Shown piece by piece: positions 37,035 through 49,619 of a stretch of DNA of 64,000 nt. Position numbers and translations under genes: made by a program. The stretch lies in NCBI GenBank assembly GCA_011109175.1, contig RDEW01000018.1, positions 741,304 through 805,303 on the forward strand, in the 5' to 3' direction. This DNA comes from Dicyema japonicum. Its lineage: Eukaryota > Animalia > Dicyemida. Positions within the stretch are counted from its first letter, which is position 1, and each line of letters opens with the position of its first letter. The notes below the pieces were generated by a model, which was given only the letters and a program-made list of their open reading frames with translations, searched no databases and was not told where the DNA came from.

Positions 37035-38660
37035 ATTATTATTATTATCAGCACTGTCGAGAACACATAAAAAAACAAAAGTCAATTAAGGTTCCCTTGT
37101 ACCGAGCCGGCCACCCTTTGCACCAATCGCATCCAAAAGCCTCTCCGTTTCGCAAGATCTCTTAGTTTATAGAGGTCATCCATTGTTTTCAACTCCCTGC
37201 CTATGGCTTTTAGGTCCTCATTTAGCGTGATAGGTAAGGTTGTTCTAGGCCTTCCTCGGAATGATTTTGTTTTTTCCATGAAATATTCATCTATTACGTG
37301 ATTTGCCGGGACATCCAGGTCCATCCTCAGAATGTGACCGAACAGTCTCGATCTTCTGATTTCCATGGATAATGGTTCCGTTTTGCTCAACTTATATAAT
37401 TGTTCGTTTTTGATCTACATTTTGTGGTGAATATTAAGTGCCTTCCGAAGCATACTGCGTCGAAACTGTCAATAGACTCGATTGCCCGTTTAGACAAACC
37501 CCATACCCTACAGTTATATATTAGGATGGGCACAACAATGTATTTGTATATCATAAGCTTTATTTTTCCACAAAGTCTTCTTCCCGAACTCCATATTTTA
37601 GATAGGCTTCTGAAAGCACCAGATGCGAGGATTTTCCGTCGAGCTACATCTTTCGTCCCCCAAGAGCGATCCGACCTTCTTATGTATTCTCCACGTCTCA
37701 TCGGATATCCTCTCTGCACGGCTGAATTATGTAAATTCCGTTTTGTCAGTGTTTATCTTCAAGAACCATTTTTGGAAAATGTTAGGAAGATGTTCGTTTA
37801 TGTACTTGAGAAATTCAGAATCATCCGATACAAAGTCCAGATCGTCTGCGTAAATCAACTCATAATATTGTCCTTTAATGGATAATCTGAAATCCCTCAG
37901 TGCAGCCTCAAGATAAATAATAAATAGAATAGGAGACAACGAATCCCCTTGTGGAACTCCCCGAGTGGTTTTAAAAAAATTGGAAGCGGTATTTCCGATT
38001 TTGACAGCCAGGTGAGTATCTTCTAGGAGCAAGGAAATAATTCTAACATCATCCGTGTCTAGAAATGTATTCAGAATGTTAATAAGTAGTCCCCTGTGTA
38101 CAGAGTCGAATGCACGACTCATGTCGATCCCCAGAACTTCTATGCATTTTTTGTATTTCTGACAAATATCGCCAGACCATCTGTGCGTCCATACTATGTC
38201 GGCGGTTTATCTTTTTTCCCTGAAATTGCTTTGTCCAGGCGATAAGAATTTGTCGACTTTCCCTTTGATTCGATTTAATACAATGATAGAGAGGGTTTTC
38301 CGTAAGACCGATAATAGAATTATTGGTCTTAGACTGTTTGCGGGACCTCTAGGTTTCCCAGGTTTTGGTATTGGAATTAGCCATCCTCTCCCAATTCCAA
38401 GATCGTTTTTGTCTTCAAATGCTTTATTGAGTATGATGGTGATTATTTTACCCAATTTAGTGGGTCCACATTTTATTAACTCTGCAGGTATATTATCAGG
38501 ACCAGCCGCTTTCCTGTAGTTTAGTTTTCCTATTGCCTTGATAGTTTCCGCGATAATAATGGGGCAGTTAAGAGGAGCCGTTGATGTTATTGGAGATTTG
38601 TTTTCAATTTCTTGATTCAATCTGACTGGATATGGAGTCCTGGATTGACTAAATCTGTTG
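37035..38660 (-). mobile_element. RTE-like LINE, 5'-truncated
   Basis: AAGPDNIPAELIK, LRPIILL, DMSRAFDSV, GVPQGDSLSP, YADDL; (TAA)n tail near 37035-37048. Confidence 0.92.
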
Positions 38661-38740
38661 AAAAAAGAGAACCTCTAGTTATAAATATAATATTAATAAA
38701 GTGAATTAATTAATATATTAATAATATTATTTAAATTGTT

Positions 38741-40172
38741 ATGAGACTTTTCACGCCTGAGATTTCGTGGCATGAGAGAGAACCAGTAAACTCATTGGAC
38801 TATCAACAGAAATACAAGGATTTCCCACGACTAGGGACAGTGGCTGTAGATGGGGCTGCACGTGTACTCTATAAATAATAACTATAAGATATGGAAAGTC
38901 AACATCAGTGAAAGTGGTAAGGTTGATTTTGAATATTTATCAACAATTCGCAAAGACTGTGGTGCTCTCAATACAATCAGATTCTCTCCCGACGGTTTTT
39001 TGATTGCTTACATTTGCAGGTGAATATGTGGCCTTCTGTGGAGTCTGTTTGATTTGTTGTTATTATTAGCTGCCGTTATTTACATTGGACATCAGTCTAT
39101 CATTGAAATTAAAACAGCCGGTTTTGGACAGATTGAGTCAGATAAGGAAACTTGGATATCTCGTAAGTCTCTGAGGTGGCACGTGGCTATATTATTAGGG
39201 GGCATTTGTACGACATTCAGTCTCTGCAGTGGTCAACCGACTCACAGAGAATTGTGTCTGGATCTATTGATAATACTTTCATCGTGTGGAATGTTACTAA
39301 AGGTTTGTGTCATCAATCACACAGGCGAACCCATTAAAGTAGTCAGGGACAGTCGTGGATATGTTATGGGAGTGGCCTTTGATCCACGTGGACAGTTTAT
39401 TACCTCAATTGGGAATGATAGAGTACTCCGTGTGTATAATACAAAACTAAAAATGATAAATTCAGTGTACAATTACGTGAATGATGATTTAACCAAACGG
39501 AGACTTTGGTGTGATGAAAGTCACTGCAGTCTGTTTCGTAGAATGGAGTTTAGTAATGACGGACAATTACTTGTTGTCCCTTCTGGTTCTGCCCAACAAA
39601 CAAACAAACGGGAACCTCAATTCGCTTCCTACATCTTTTCGCGGAATAATTTTGCCAGGTTTGTTTATATTACTAGTGATAGACCTATTCTTCAGCTTCC
39701 CCACTTTTCTGTCCCCACCTGGGCTGTCAGATTTAACCCAAAGCTTTATAAACTACGTCAACCAGAGAATACTGGTCGTCCTTTGGGTTTACTGATTTGT
39801 GACTGTCAGGAAGTACTCCCTATCGACAAATATTTGCTGTTGCCTCATTGAACGATGTCCTATTTTACGATACTGAACAGATCACTCCATTTGCTTTTAT
39901 TGGGGACTTTCACTGTACGCCACTGAGTGACCTTGCTTGGTTTGACGGTTTTTTATTGTAGGTCTCCTGATGGCAGGATTTTGGCTGTCTCCTCAACTGA
40001 CGGGTTCATTTCCTTTGTAGAGTTTGAGGAGGATGAGTTGGGTAATGAGTACACTGAGGCTGTCTGTGATATTGTTGATGATGAGGACATTGAAGAGACT
40101 ATAATATCTGAGCCTAAGAGAAGAAAATTTGAATTGTCTATTTTGTCATCATTTAAATCCTCTGATGATTAG
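38741..40172 (+). CDS. CHAF1B: Chromatin assembly factor 1 subunit B (p60/Cac2), 8 exons
   Basis: MRLFTPEISWHEREPVNSLD start, IRFSPDG, LRGHLYDI, YVMGVAFDP, FRRMEFS, LFYDTEQ, DLAWSPDG. Splices in frame with 7 tiny introns. Confidence 0.92.
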
Positions 40173-41074
40173 TAATATATTGTGTTTTATATTATTTTGA
40201 TTTGTTTATTCGATTTCTTTAAGTTTTGGTTTTATTCATTATTCTTGGATGGATCGAGAAATAACTAATTAAATTTATCAAGTTCACACTGTCACAGAAT
40301 CAGAGACATTCCAATGTCACATATAAATCCATTCAGAACCAGGGGAATAAAAAACATCTACTCTTTGCAGTTGTGGGAGTTCCTTAGAGAAAATGATCTT
40401 TTATAATTTCCTGGTACAAAGCGTCACCTAGGATAGTTGTATCATATGACGTCACAAGGAAAAGAAGAGAAACCTTCTATAACATTATAACCCACAAAGC
40501 TACCTTGCTTATTCAAATTGATCAAACACTACTGATATACATTTTGTTGACCACGTGTAAGACTAATTTAGCATTGAGGTTACGTGTTTATAATTATATT
40601 TGGTTTGATGTTATTTATTTAATACAAAGAAATAAGTTAAATACAATCCAAGTGATAGTTGTATGGAATCTCCGGCATTCCTTTAAAGGTAATTTCTACT
40701 TTCCCATAAAAGGCCGTTTTTAATTTGAGAAGATATCTCTTCTTGATTATACGACTTGTAATAAAACTTGTCTAGTAGACTTGATTGTATGTCACTTTAA
40801 TAATTTAATCTGAACTAAATTGTTTTCATTGACATTCAAATAGCCGCTAAGCATTATCAAAGTTGAATGGATAATAAACTACTTAATATTACAATTTGTA
40901 TTCGCCAAAAAGTAGTAATCACTCCACATGGAAAGAGGACGAGATACTATTGTTGTCACAAGACCACAGTTAAAGTAAAAGAATGTCGAAACCTATTTAA
41001 ATACTAATAAATAATATATAATAAATATAATTAATATGTTATAATTTAAAAATATATCTATAGTAATAGCGTTA

Positions 41075-41409
41075 ATGGCATCAGCAAAAGTATAGTAAAT
41101 ATATATTATAGAGAGAAGAATTTAGAAGATATTTAGAGAAAGGACAAGTAATAAGTGAACTCACTAAAGGTTACAATTTGGCATTATTTGATAGTCCTTG
41201 TCAATTTGTATGAGGAAACAAAGAAGCCTAATCAACCAATGGAGTATTCATTATCTATATTTAGATATATTAGACAGATGATAGGAGAACCATTGGGGGA
41301 TGTCTCAGAGTTGGAAAGACTGAGGACTGAAAACTCTGAGTTATCTATAAAAATAGAACAATTAACAGCCGAGAATCAAACAGGAATTGGTATTATTTCG
41401 TATTATTAA
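41075..41409 (+). CDS. MYCBP: c-Myc binding protein (AMY-1), 4 exons
   Basis: Spliced MASAK|REEFRRYLEKGQVISELTK|VLVNLYEETKKPNQPME|YIRQMIG followed by a coiled coil. Confidence 0.88.
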
Positions 41410-42199
41410 TATATTTCTAATAATCCTGACATGGATGGACTTAATGGGGAATAATTAACTTAAATATTTCACTTAATATAATTAAACAAACACGTGTCCT
41501 TTATAGGTGACATTATTGCATAAAGTTATTGTTTAGGAATATATATTTTATATCCCACTACCTTAACCACCGATAGGTCACAACTATGTCCTCGTTACAC
41601 TCTGAGTTGTCTTCAAGTTATTTGATCAAGGGCCATTAAGAAAAAATGTGTCAAACCAATTAATTAATCCCAACTTTTAGTAACTCATGAACTCTTTACG
41701 AGTGAATAGCAAGTAATGCTCTTTCTTATAAAGGAAGATGAAGGGACTACCACCGGAGTGAGTTATGCTTCATTCTCGAGAATGTAAGGACGAATCTCTA
41801 GGAGAATGGTCAGACCAGTGACCTGATGACAAAAACATGGTGATCTGGATAACAGGAGGAGGACTTTTTGTGCAGTATACTAAAACATTTCACTTTCGAA
41901 GCCCCTTAGTCATGATTCTTAAGCGTGACGAATAACGTGTGATTCCGAGAATCTTCTGGCATCTTGTAAATGTGATGCGGATATCGCTGTGGAACTCCTA
42001 TCTGTAGTTAAATAGGTAAACTGAGATTTTTGATATAGATTACACTTTAATTTTAGACTAACAAGACTTTGTATACTTACTCATCCTTATTTCAAACTTA
42101 TGGGTTTGTATATCAGTTAGTCCACTGAAGTTTAGATATTTAGGCAATAGAGGTACCTCATTATGACCACAATCGGCTTGTCTTTACTATAAACTAATA

Positions 42200-43420
42200 G
42201 ACTTGCTATCGAGAACACAAAAAGATTTGAGACTCCGGGCTGAGTACACCAAATGTCCATAAAATAAAATGAACTCTAACTTGAGGATCATAAAGAAAAG
42301 AGTACGCTTGCTCCACGAGAGGACACTTGTACAGTACGCACAGGAGGTTGAGAAACTTAATTTTGTCTCGGATAGTTCAGAGCAATCCGGTTATAAAACA
42401 GAGCGTATTGACAAGAATAGAAGACGAATAATAGACAAAAGATTTGCAGAGAATATTGCTGATCACTTTGAATCGCTCCTCAGGGGTGACGACGAACTCA
42501 TAACTCAATTTGTCGGACACCACAGATCTTTGACTAAGCCAACTACGATGGCGGAGATACACACGACTCTGCAAAATTTAAACAACAACAGGAGTTATGG
42601 AATTGATGGTATCAACAAAGAACTTCTAAACATTCGCCGCCCTCACTGGCTTATCTATCACTTATGCAGCATGCTAAATAATATTTTTATTAAACACATG
42701 CCTGTCCCACTAGGGTAGGGAATTCTGATACCTATACAGAACATGGAAAGCCGATTGGACCGTTAGAAAATCTCAGGCCTATAATCCTTATAACAACTCT
42801 ACGGAAACTACTGCCCTTGATTGTCCTGGATAGGGTTTCTCCCACTGTTGACGAATATCTGTCTCTGAGCCAAAGTGGATTCAGAAGAGAAAGGTCCACG
42901 CTGGATATAGCATGGACACATAGATGGATATGCGCCATGACGCAGAGATTCCAGAAGGCTGTTCACGTACTGAGGATTGATCTCTCCCGAGCGTTCAATA
43001 CTGGACGCAGAGGGAAACTAATGGTGTTACTTGGCAGATTCCTGCACTTGATGGGGACTATTTGGACATATCTTGGCAATTGATCCTGCTGCTCCAGTAA
43101 ATGACAGCATGGAATCGTATTTCCTATCATCTGTCTAATATATTTCTTAGACACCAGCCCATTTCGAGGCAGACCATAGACTCCCTTTCCACTAACCATA
43201 AGTAATGACCTAATAATGTCAAAAATGCGACTGGAAAATGCTGATAACTTAACGTCCTCTTAAAATTACTCAAAAAGCAATTTGCTCTGGTGCTCCGCGT
43301 TTCCGTCGTCGACCAAGGGCTAGTCTACCTACCATTTTTGATGAAGATCTTAAGGAAATAATGAGACTCCTCAAGGACAGGTAAGACCTCTACAGGCTGT
43401 GAGACGAGGCAAAGAATCGA
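42200..43420 (+). mobile_element. RTE-like LINE with internal deletion
   Basis: RSYGIDGI, NLRPIILI, QSGFR and DLSRAFNT, then a jump to WGLFGHIL...PFRGRP. Confidence 0.8.
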
Positions 43421-45872
43421 TTTCTCGTGTTGCATAGTATGTCTCTATAACAATATAAGTCTCGGAGAGAAGTAAGGACACAAATCACGATAACTGATTC
43501 CACTTCCAGTTATTGCGATAGAAATGTTTCAAAAATATAAAGGAGGTACGTGAATAGTGACCACAATACACGATCTAATTGTTCATAATAAATTCCACGT
43601 TATTGCTTGTTATGGTTTCTTCGTCTTCAGATGTCACGAAAACAAACTGTGTCAACTGTGGATCTTCTAAACACGGGATCAGATATGGAGGATTCCCAGG
43701 AACCTTCAAGATGCACGCGGAATATTCCTGTTGAAGATCAGAGTTATGTTGTCCTCGTTTTTACCTGGTAGTCGCTGATGTTGTTTACTTTACAATTTTT
43801 GTTTGGGAGACTTCAGACGGCAAAGTCAGTTTGGAAAGCACAACAAGCGACTGTCAGCTATATTTTAATCTTTGTTGACATATTCGGTCCTCGAAGAATG
43901 GAGACTGATGAGGAATATCTGTTTAAACCATTCACCCACTTGCTCGTTGGCCACCATCCTTGTGAGGACACATTCTGCCATAGTAATCGACTTTTTGTAT
44001 GTAATTTTAAAAGATGTGAACTGATTTATTATAAAATATGTTACGAATTCTAAGCAGACAAAATATCAAACATAAGTAGTCATCTGACCACCAAGTATCT
44101 ATTACCTCAGGATCACTGGGTTAAAGGAAAAAGACAAAGTTCCAACTACGTGATTTCAGACCTACACGGGAGAGGAGGCATCTATACGGTTAATTAACAA
44201 CCCCAATGAATTAGTAGAGAAATATACCAAAAATAGAAAATTTTAATCCTACATTCATTTCCATTATTACTTTAGGGGTTTGTCAAGTCATCACTTTAAG
44301 GTTCAATTACTTTTAGAAGATGGCTTTCTTGAAACCCTCTGAGTGCCCTTGTTTTTCCCAACATTGAGGGACTACAAATTTTTTTGTTAGGAGTGTTCTG
44401 TACATTCATACAAAAACATGTTAAAGTCGTCTGTGATGAACTGGGAGGCAGATCCCAAATGAAAATATTTCTCAGAAGGTTCCGTTGTTAGTCTGAAATT
44501 CAGATCGATACAAAGATAAGGAAATAATGAAGTTTCAGCAGAAGTTGTTTGGTATGGAAATAACAAATCAACTTCAGTTCTGGCACAATCACTAGAATTT
44601 TACAATAGTGGGACTAAGGACACATGATTCTTTCCATGAAAGAATTTTATAATTTGATAAGCTAGTGACACTAGGGATCTAACGTAAAGGACAACAACCG
44701 ACACAAAGACCACCATCAAAACGTTTTTTTTCCAGAATATTGATTTGTCATAAAATTAAATTCTATCAATCTCGTCTTTTTAGACATATTATATCCAAAT
44801 GAACATAAAATATTCAATATTTTGTCCTCTATCCACTTTTTGGAATCAGGTTAGTGAACCACTATAAGGAACACTGATGGGGACTATTTGTAAATATATT
44901 GGGAATGGATCCTGCTGCTCCAGCAAATGAAACTTAGACGACCTCCAAAAAATCGAAATCTTAAGAAAAGCGTGAAGGCGTCTGACTGTACAGATTATCC
45001 GGGGTGCGGCACAAGTGACGTCAATGAACAGATAGATAATTTTATTAACATAACAAACTCGTTACTAATTAAACAGGGAGAAGCCAATGAGTTTGTCCTA
45101 GTTGATTGGTCTAATCTCCTCTTCAAATTATTGATCCCTTGCACCAAACAAGATTTATTTTTTCAAGTGGTGCAATTTTAAATAGACGCTTACGCGTATC
45201 TCATTTCAACATCGCGATAGCTTTTTTCCTTTTATTCTTGGTCTAATATTTGGTTCCGAGAACGTATCTCGTTGGCTATTGTTAGGGGAAATAGCATGGC
45301 CGTTCAGATGCCTTAATTTAAATTCATTTGATAATAAATTATTTGTAAAAAAATCTATAAAAGAACCCTTCGAGTTAACACAAACACCAAGATATTGCAA
45401 TTGATCCATATATTTGATTGCTCCACTATTAACACAAATTATTGACTTATTTCTGTTATTCACAATCCAGGAAACAGTACATTTTTCTAGAGATAAGCAT
45501 AAACCTTTATCACCAACATTTATTTTTTTCCAATTTGAAACATGTTTTCGAGGGAATCGATTTATTTATAAGATCTAGCATGATTACGTCATCCGAATAA
45601 AAAGAAGACTAGTATTAATATTCCCCGGACGTGGAGAACTCGCCATGAATATATTAAACAAAATAGGTCTCAATACCGAACCTTTTGGTACTCCTCTCTT
45701 GAATGATATTGCATCGGATATATTTCCACACACTTTCACAAAAGATTGTCTTTCTTGAAGATAATTTCTTAGCCAAACAAATAGGTATCTTGGAACACAT
45801 GCTGATACAAGCTGCTTTAACAACGCTTCATGCATACACTGTCGAATGCTTTCGAGATGTCAAGACATAATA

Positions 45873-47287
45873 TGTCACATGGCCAAGCGTTACCTATGGG
45901 CAGCCTGTTACATTAACCTTGAACCAAGATTAACTTCAATTAATTTTATAAATGATTTATTAACCACAAAAAATTAAATTTAAGTAACTTTTTTTAGTCT
46001 ACTCATTAATACAGTCGATATTTCTCCTTTCGAATTTTTTATCTATCAAATTAAACTATTTAAAACTACCTCCACGCGATTATTCGATAAAATATTAATT
46101 ATTTCTGCAACTGGATAATACTGAGACTCAAACTTATCCAGTCGCAATGAGGGATTTGTTCCAAAGTCCTTTTTAGCCCGAACCTATTTATTAATGTTTT
46201 TAATTCATACTTTATCTCCCATGTTAAAAGTATATTTACTATTATGAACATTCATTTTCCTGTTCATAGCTTTGTAATAATTAGAATTTTCTTCAATCGA
46301 TTTAATTTCGAAATTGAATCTCTTATCTGTCTTATCTAGATATAAATTTTTTTTAATCAAACTACGTGAATTTTCAATAGATTCTGGAGTCGAACAATTA
46401 ACCAAATCGTCAATTTGTTCTGGAATTGCACACTAATCACTTAAAATATCTAAGTCATAATGATATAAGTATAACTATGAATTATTGAATTTATTCCCTT
46501 AATTCCTCGATATCTTTCGAAAGGACTTTCGTTAGAAAATGAATGGACCGATATGTTATAACTGTAGACAGCACTTTCTAATTTATCAAGCCACTTTTTT
46601 ACTGTTATCCAGCATTTTTGACAACTTCCTCGTGATCGTCTGATTAAATCTTTCGACAATTCCTTGTGCTCGTGGATTGTTAGGCTTTCCGTGAATTTGC
46701 TTAATGTTAAAATCTTCGCAAAGTTATTTCTTGATTTTTAAATTCAGAACCATTGTCCGACTGAAGAAATTTACATGGCCCATTCAGGCGGAACAAAGAT
46801 CTTAAGTTTTCACATACTTCTTTACCAGACTTATTATAGAGTGGTCGTACAAAAGCGAATCTATAAATTAAAAAAACCAGCCTACTATATATGTCAATGA
46901 CCGTTAAAATCCATTTGAAATTTTCATTTAATGTTGAAAATTTTTCAGGTCTATTAGATCTACCTGAAAACGTTCATTTGGAGAAGAAGCAAACACATGG
47001 TGATTTATATCTCCAATCTACAATCATAAAAAATCACGAACTTTTAAAGGATTAAATCACAATATAAATCGGATATATAAAATTAAATGTCGGATAATCC
47101 AATGAGGGACTCATCCTCACCTTTGTCGGTCTGGGATCACTTAGTTAGATGAGAACTTTTATTTCTTTCTTTTTGACCCAGTGATCCTGGGGGTAATAAT
47201 AATAATAATGTCGGATAATCAAAAGACCTTTTCAAGGTCGAAAAAATGTAACAGGCTGCCCATGCGTTACGCGCCGCCCATGTGACA
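45873..47287 (-). mobile_element. Ginger2/TDD-like DNA transposon (Gypsy-type integrase) with TIRs and 5-bp TSD
   Basis: TIRs TGTCACATGG...GGGCAGCCTGTTACAT / ATGTAACAGGCTGCCC...CCATGTGACA; TAATA on both flanks; SDNGSEF, QGIVERFNQT and AVYSYN...H motifs. Confidence 0.88.
47100..47206 (+). mobile_element. Severely 5'-truncated LINE tail insertion with 14-bp TSD
   Basis: AATGTCGGATAATC on both flanks (47086-47099 and 47207-47220); hairpin plus (TAA)n tail. Confidence 0.85.
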
Positions 47288-47718
47288 TAATAAGTTTATT
47301 TGCCTCCTTTGCTTTCATGATTTCAAAATTCAGTAGAAAGAAACAGTCTGCACAACCTTTTCCGGTACGAAAACCCCACTGCTCCGGAATCAGAAAGTTA
47401 TTCTCTTTTATATGTCTGCTTAGCCTTTTGTTCAATCAATTTCGCGAAAGAACATATTAAGCTAATTGGTCTGTAGCTTGCCGGATCTATCTTTGACTTC
47501 CCTGGTTTTGGAATCATCCTCACAACAGCTTTCTTCCATATTAAAGAAATCATCCTCAAACGTATCTTATAACTTTCTTGTTTTTACTAATGTGTATAAT
47601 AATAAACACTTGTAGTAATTCTTTAATAATGTCAAAAAAATCCCAAATTTTATTAAAAATTAATTATTAAACACAATTAAATGAATAAATAATATATTCA
47701 AATTAAAGTTAAAGTGAA

Positions 47719-48465
47719 ATGGGAAGGAAAAGACGTATAAGCACATCGTCAAAGCAGTCAACTGATGAATGTATGTCAATTCAAAGTATGACTTCATCGA
47801 ACATTCCCCCCAGTTCAATTGCCTCCAATGGGGACAGCACCACAATGAGTGTTGAATGCACTATTCAAAAGTGTCAATGGGATGGTTGTGGAGAAATATA
47901 CTACACTGGAGCTAGTCTATTCTCACACATTCAGGATGTCCATCTAAACAATCAAACACTAAAGAACTCGACAAACCAATGCCGATGGGAAAAGTGTCGT
48001 CGATATGGCCGACAGTCAATGACAGACTATGAACTAATGCAACACGTGGTTATTCACATTCAGGGAAAGGCATTCCGTTGTATAATCTCCGAATGTGAGA
48101 GGACCTTTTCCACTGACTCTCAATTACAAAATCACATTGAACGACATTTTAATAATAGTAAACTCACCAAACCTACCCCCAAAAGACAGAAGAAGACCAC
48201 TATTCCAGGCGATAATCACTATGGTTGGTCAGAATGGGGAATTTTTTAGTTTATAATCGACCTGACTTCTTTGACCCAGGATCTCTTCAAAAAATAATTT
48301 TTTTGAATAAGAATTTGAGTAAACCCCTGACATCTCCACCTAAACTGCCAGTGATGGTGACCCACTCTTCTGATAACAGTATAAAACGTTATTTGGTGGC
48401 TTGTCCCTTCCAAAAGTGATGATTTGTTTTATTATAGGGATTTCCTTTCTTGGAGAGATGCATAG
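47719..48465 (+). CDS. AEBP2: Zinc finger protein AEBP2/Jing (PRC2 cofactor)
   Basis: Three GLI-like C2H2 fingers (CQWDGC, CRWEKC, FRCIISEC...HIERHF), a basic patch, then RPDFFD matching AEBP2 PHDFFD. Two tiny introns; 3' end tentative. Confidence 0.8.
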
Positions 48466-48514
48466 TTAATTATTCCAACCTTAATACTTATAGTCTTAAT
48501 ATTTATGAAACTTA

Positions 48515-49610
48515 AAGACCACCAATATATGTGCTAAACCAACTAAGTGATCCCAACCTAACTTTCAAATTTCGTTAAGTTATTCCACCACCTTCCGGAG
48601 GTGTTTCTTGTATGCCTGTATACTCTACTGGAGTGTTTTTTCTTCATTATAAAATAGATTCCTCTGTATGGAAAATCTTTTTTTGAATAGGTTTCCTGGT
48701 TTCTTGCAGAAACTTAGGGAACCTTAGCCATTTTTCAGAGTTGGCTTTTCTGAAAGGTAACTAAAAAATGTGATTATTTGTCTGAGATAATTTATATGAT
48801 CGATCCTCAAGAACGAAAAGGAAAATCTCCAGACGGAATAAGCGTATTTGATGGTAGGAGCAATTTGTGGTGCTAAAGCTTGCCGATACAATCTGTAGGA
48901 GGGAAGGGACAATGACATTAAAAAATGATCCTCTTTAAAAGCCCATCACTTTTTCAACGTGACTGTGAAACATCATTATATGGAATGTGACTCCAAAAAT
49001 GTTCTGACATCGTTTAGTAGATATCCGTAATAAACTGGTTTAACTGAGATTTGAGTTCAGATACAGACACCATATTGGCAAATGGCCAGTCATAAACTTT
49101 GTTGAAGTATACTAAACCACAGCCGCTGAGGGAAATCAATCGGCAAGAATTAGATCGTCCGCATAGAATAAAAACATTGTGTTCTGATCTTTAGTTGTAG
49201 GTAAATCAGAAATATATTGAAAATAATCGGAGATAACGAAAAACCTTGTGGAATTCAGTTTGGACACCTTATATCATCTGAACTCTTCCACATCATTTAG
49301 AATGTAAATTTCCCATTCATAGTTTGAATTTCAAATGTAAGTTCGAGGGTAAGATCCCTGTTGAAAGAGGCCTCTAAACAGAGTCGAAAACATTTTGTAT
49401 ATTCACTGACACCAAACCTGTTCGTAAATGTATTTTCAAATTATTACTGCCAGTGATTAATTGGGAGATGGATGTAAAACGGCTTCCTATAAAGTCATGG
49501 AGGGACGTTGATATTATAAGAATATGGGAGATTAACTTCAGTAGTAACCTTTTCAACACTTTCGAAAAGATGCATGTTATGAAGAAATTGCGGTAAGAAG
49601 ATGAATTATC
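48515..49610 (-). mobile_element. Degenerate LINE RT fragment
   Basis: NVFDSV, FYADDL, LYRQALAPQIAPTIKYAYSVW; 3' hairpin remnant near 48520-48556. Confidence 0.7.
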
Positions 49611-49619
49611 GGTTTTCTC

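Larger units (their letters stand above)
45100..47540 (-). mobile_element. LINE RT fragment split by a Ginger-like transposon
   Basis: IPKPGK...SYRPISL...EQWGFR (47290-47540) continues as LDISKAFDS...GVPKGSVLRP...YLGV (45870-45200). Confidence 0.85.

Noticed and set aside
43050-43110. About 60-nt motif shared with 44876-44930
   Set aside because: Both are the WGLFGHIL..DPAAP segment of RTE-like LINEs, not a new repeat.
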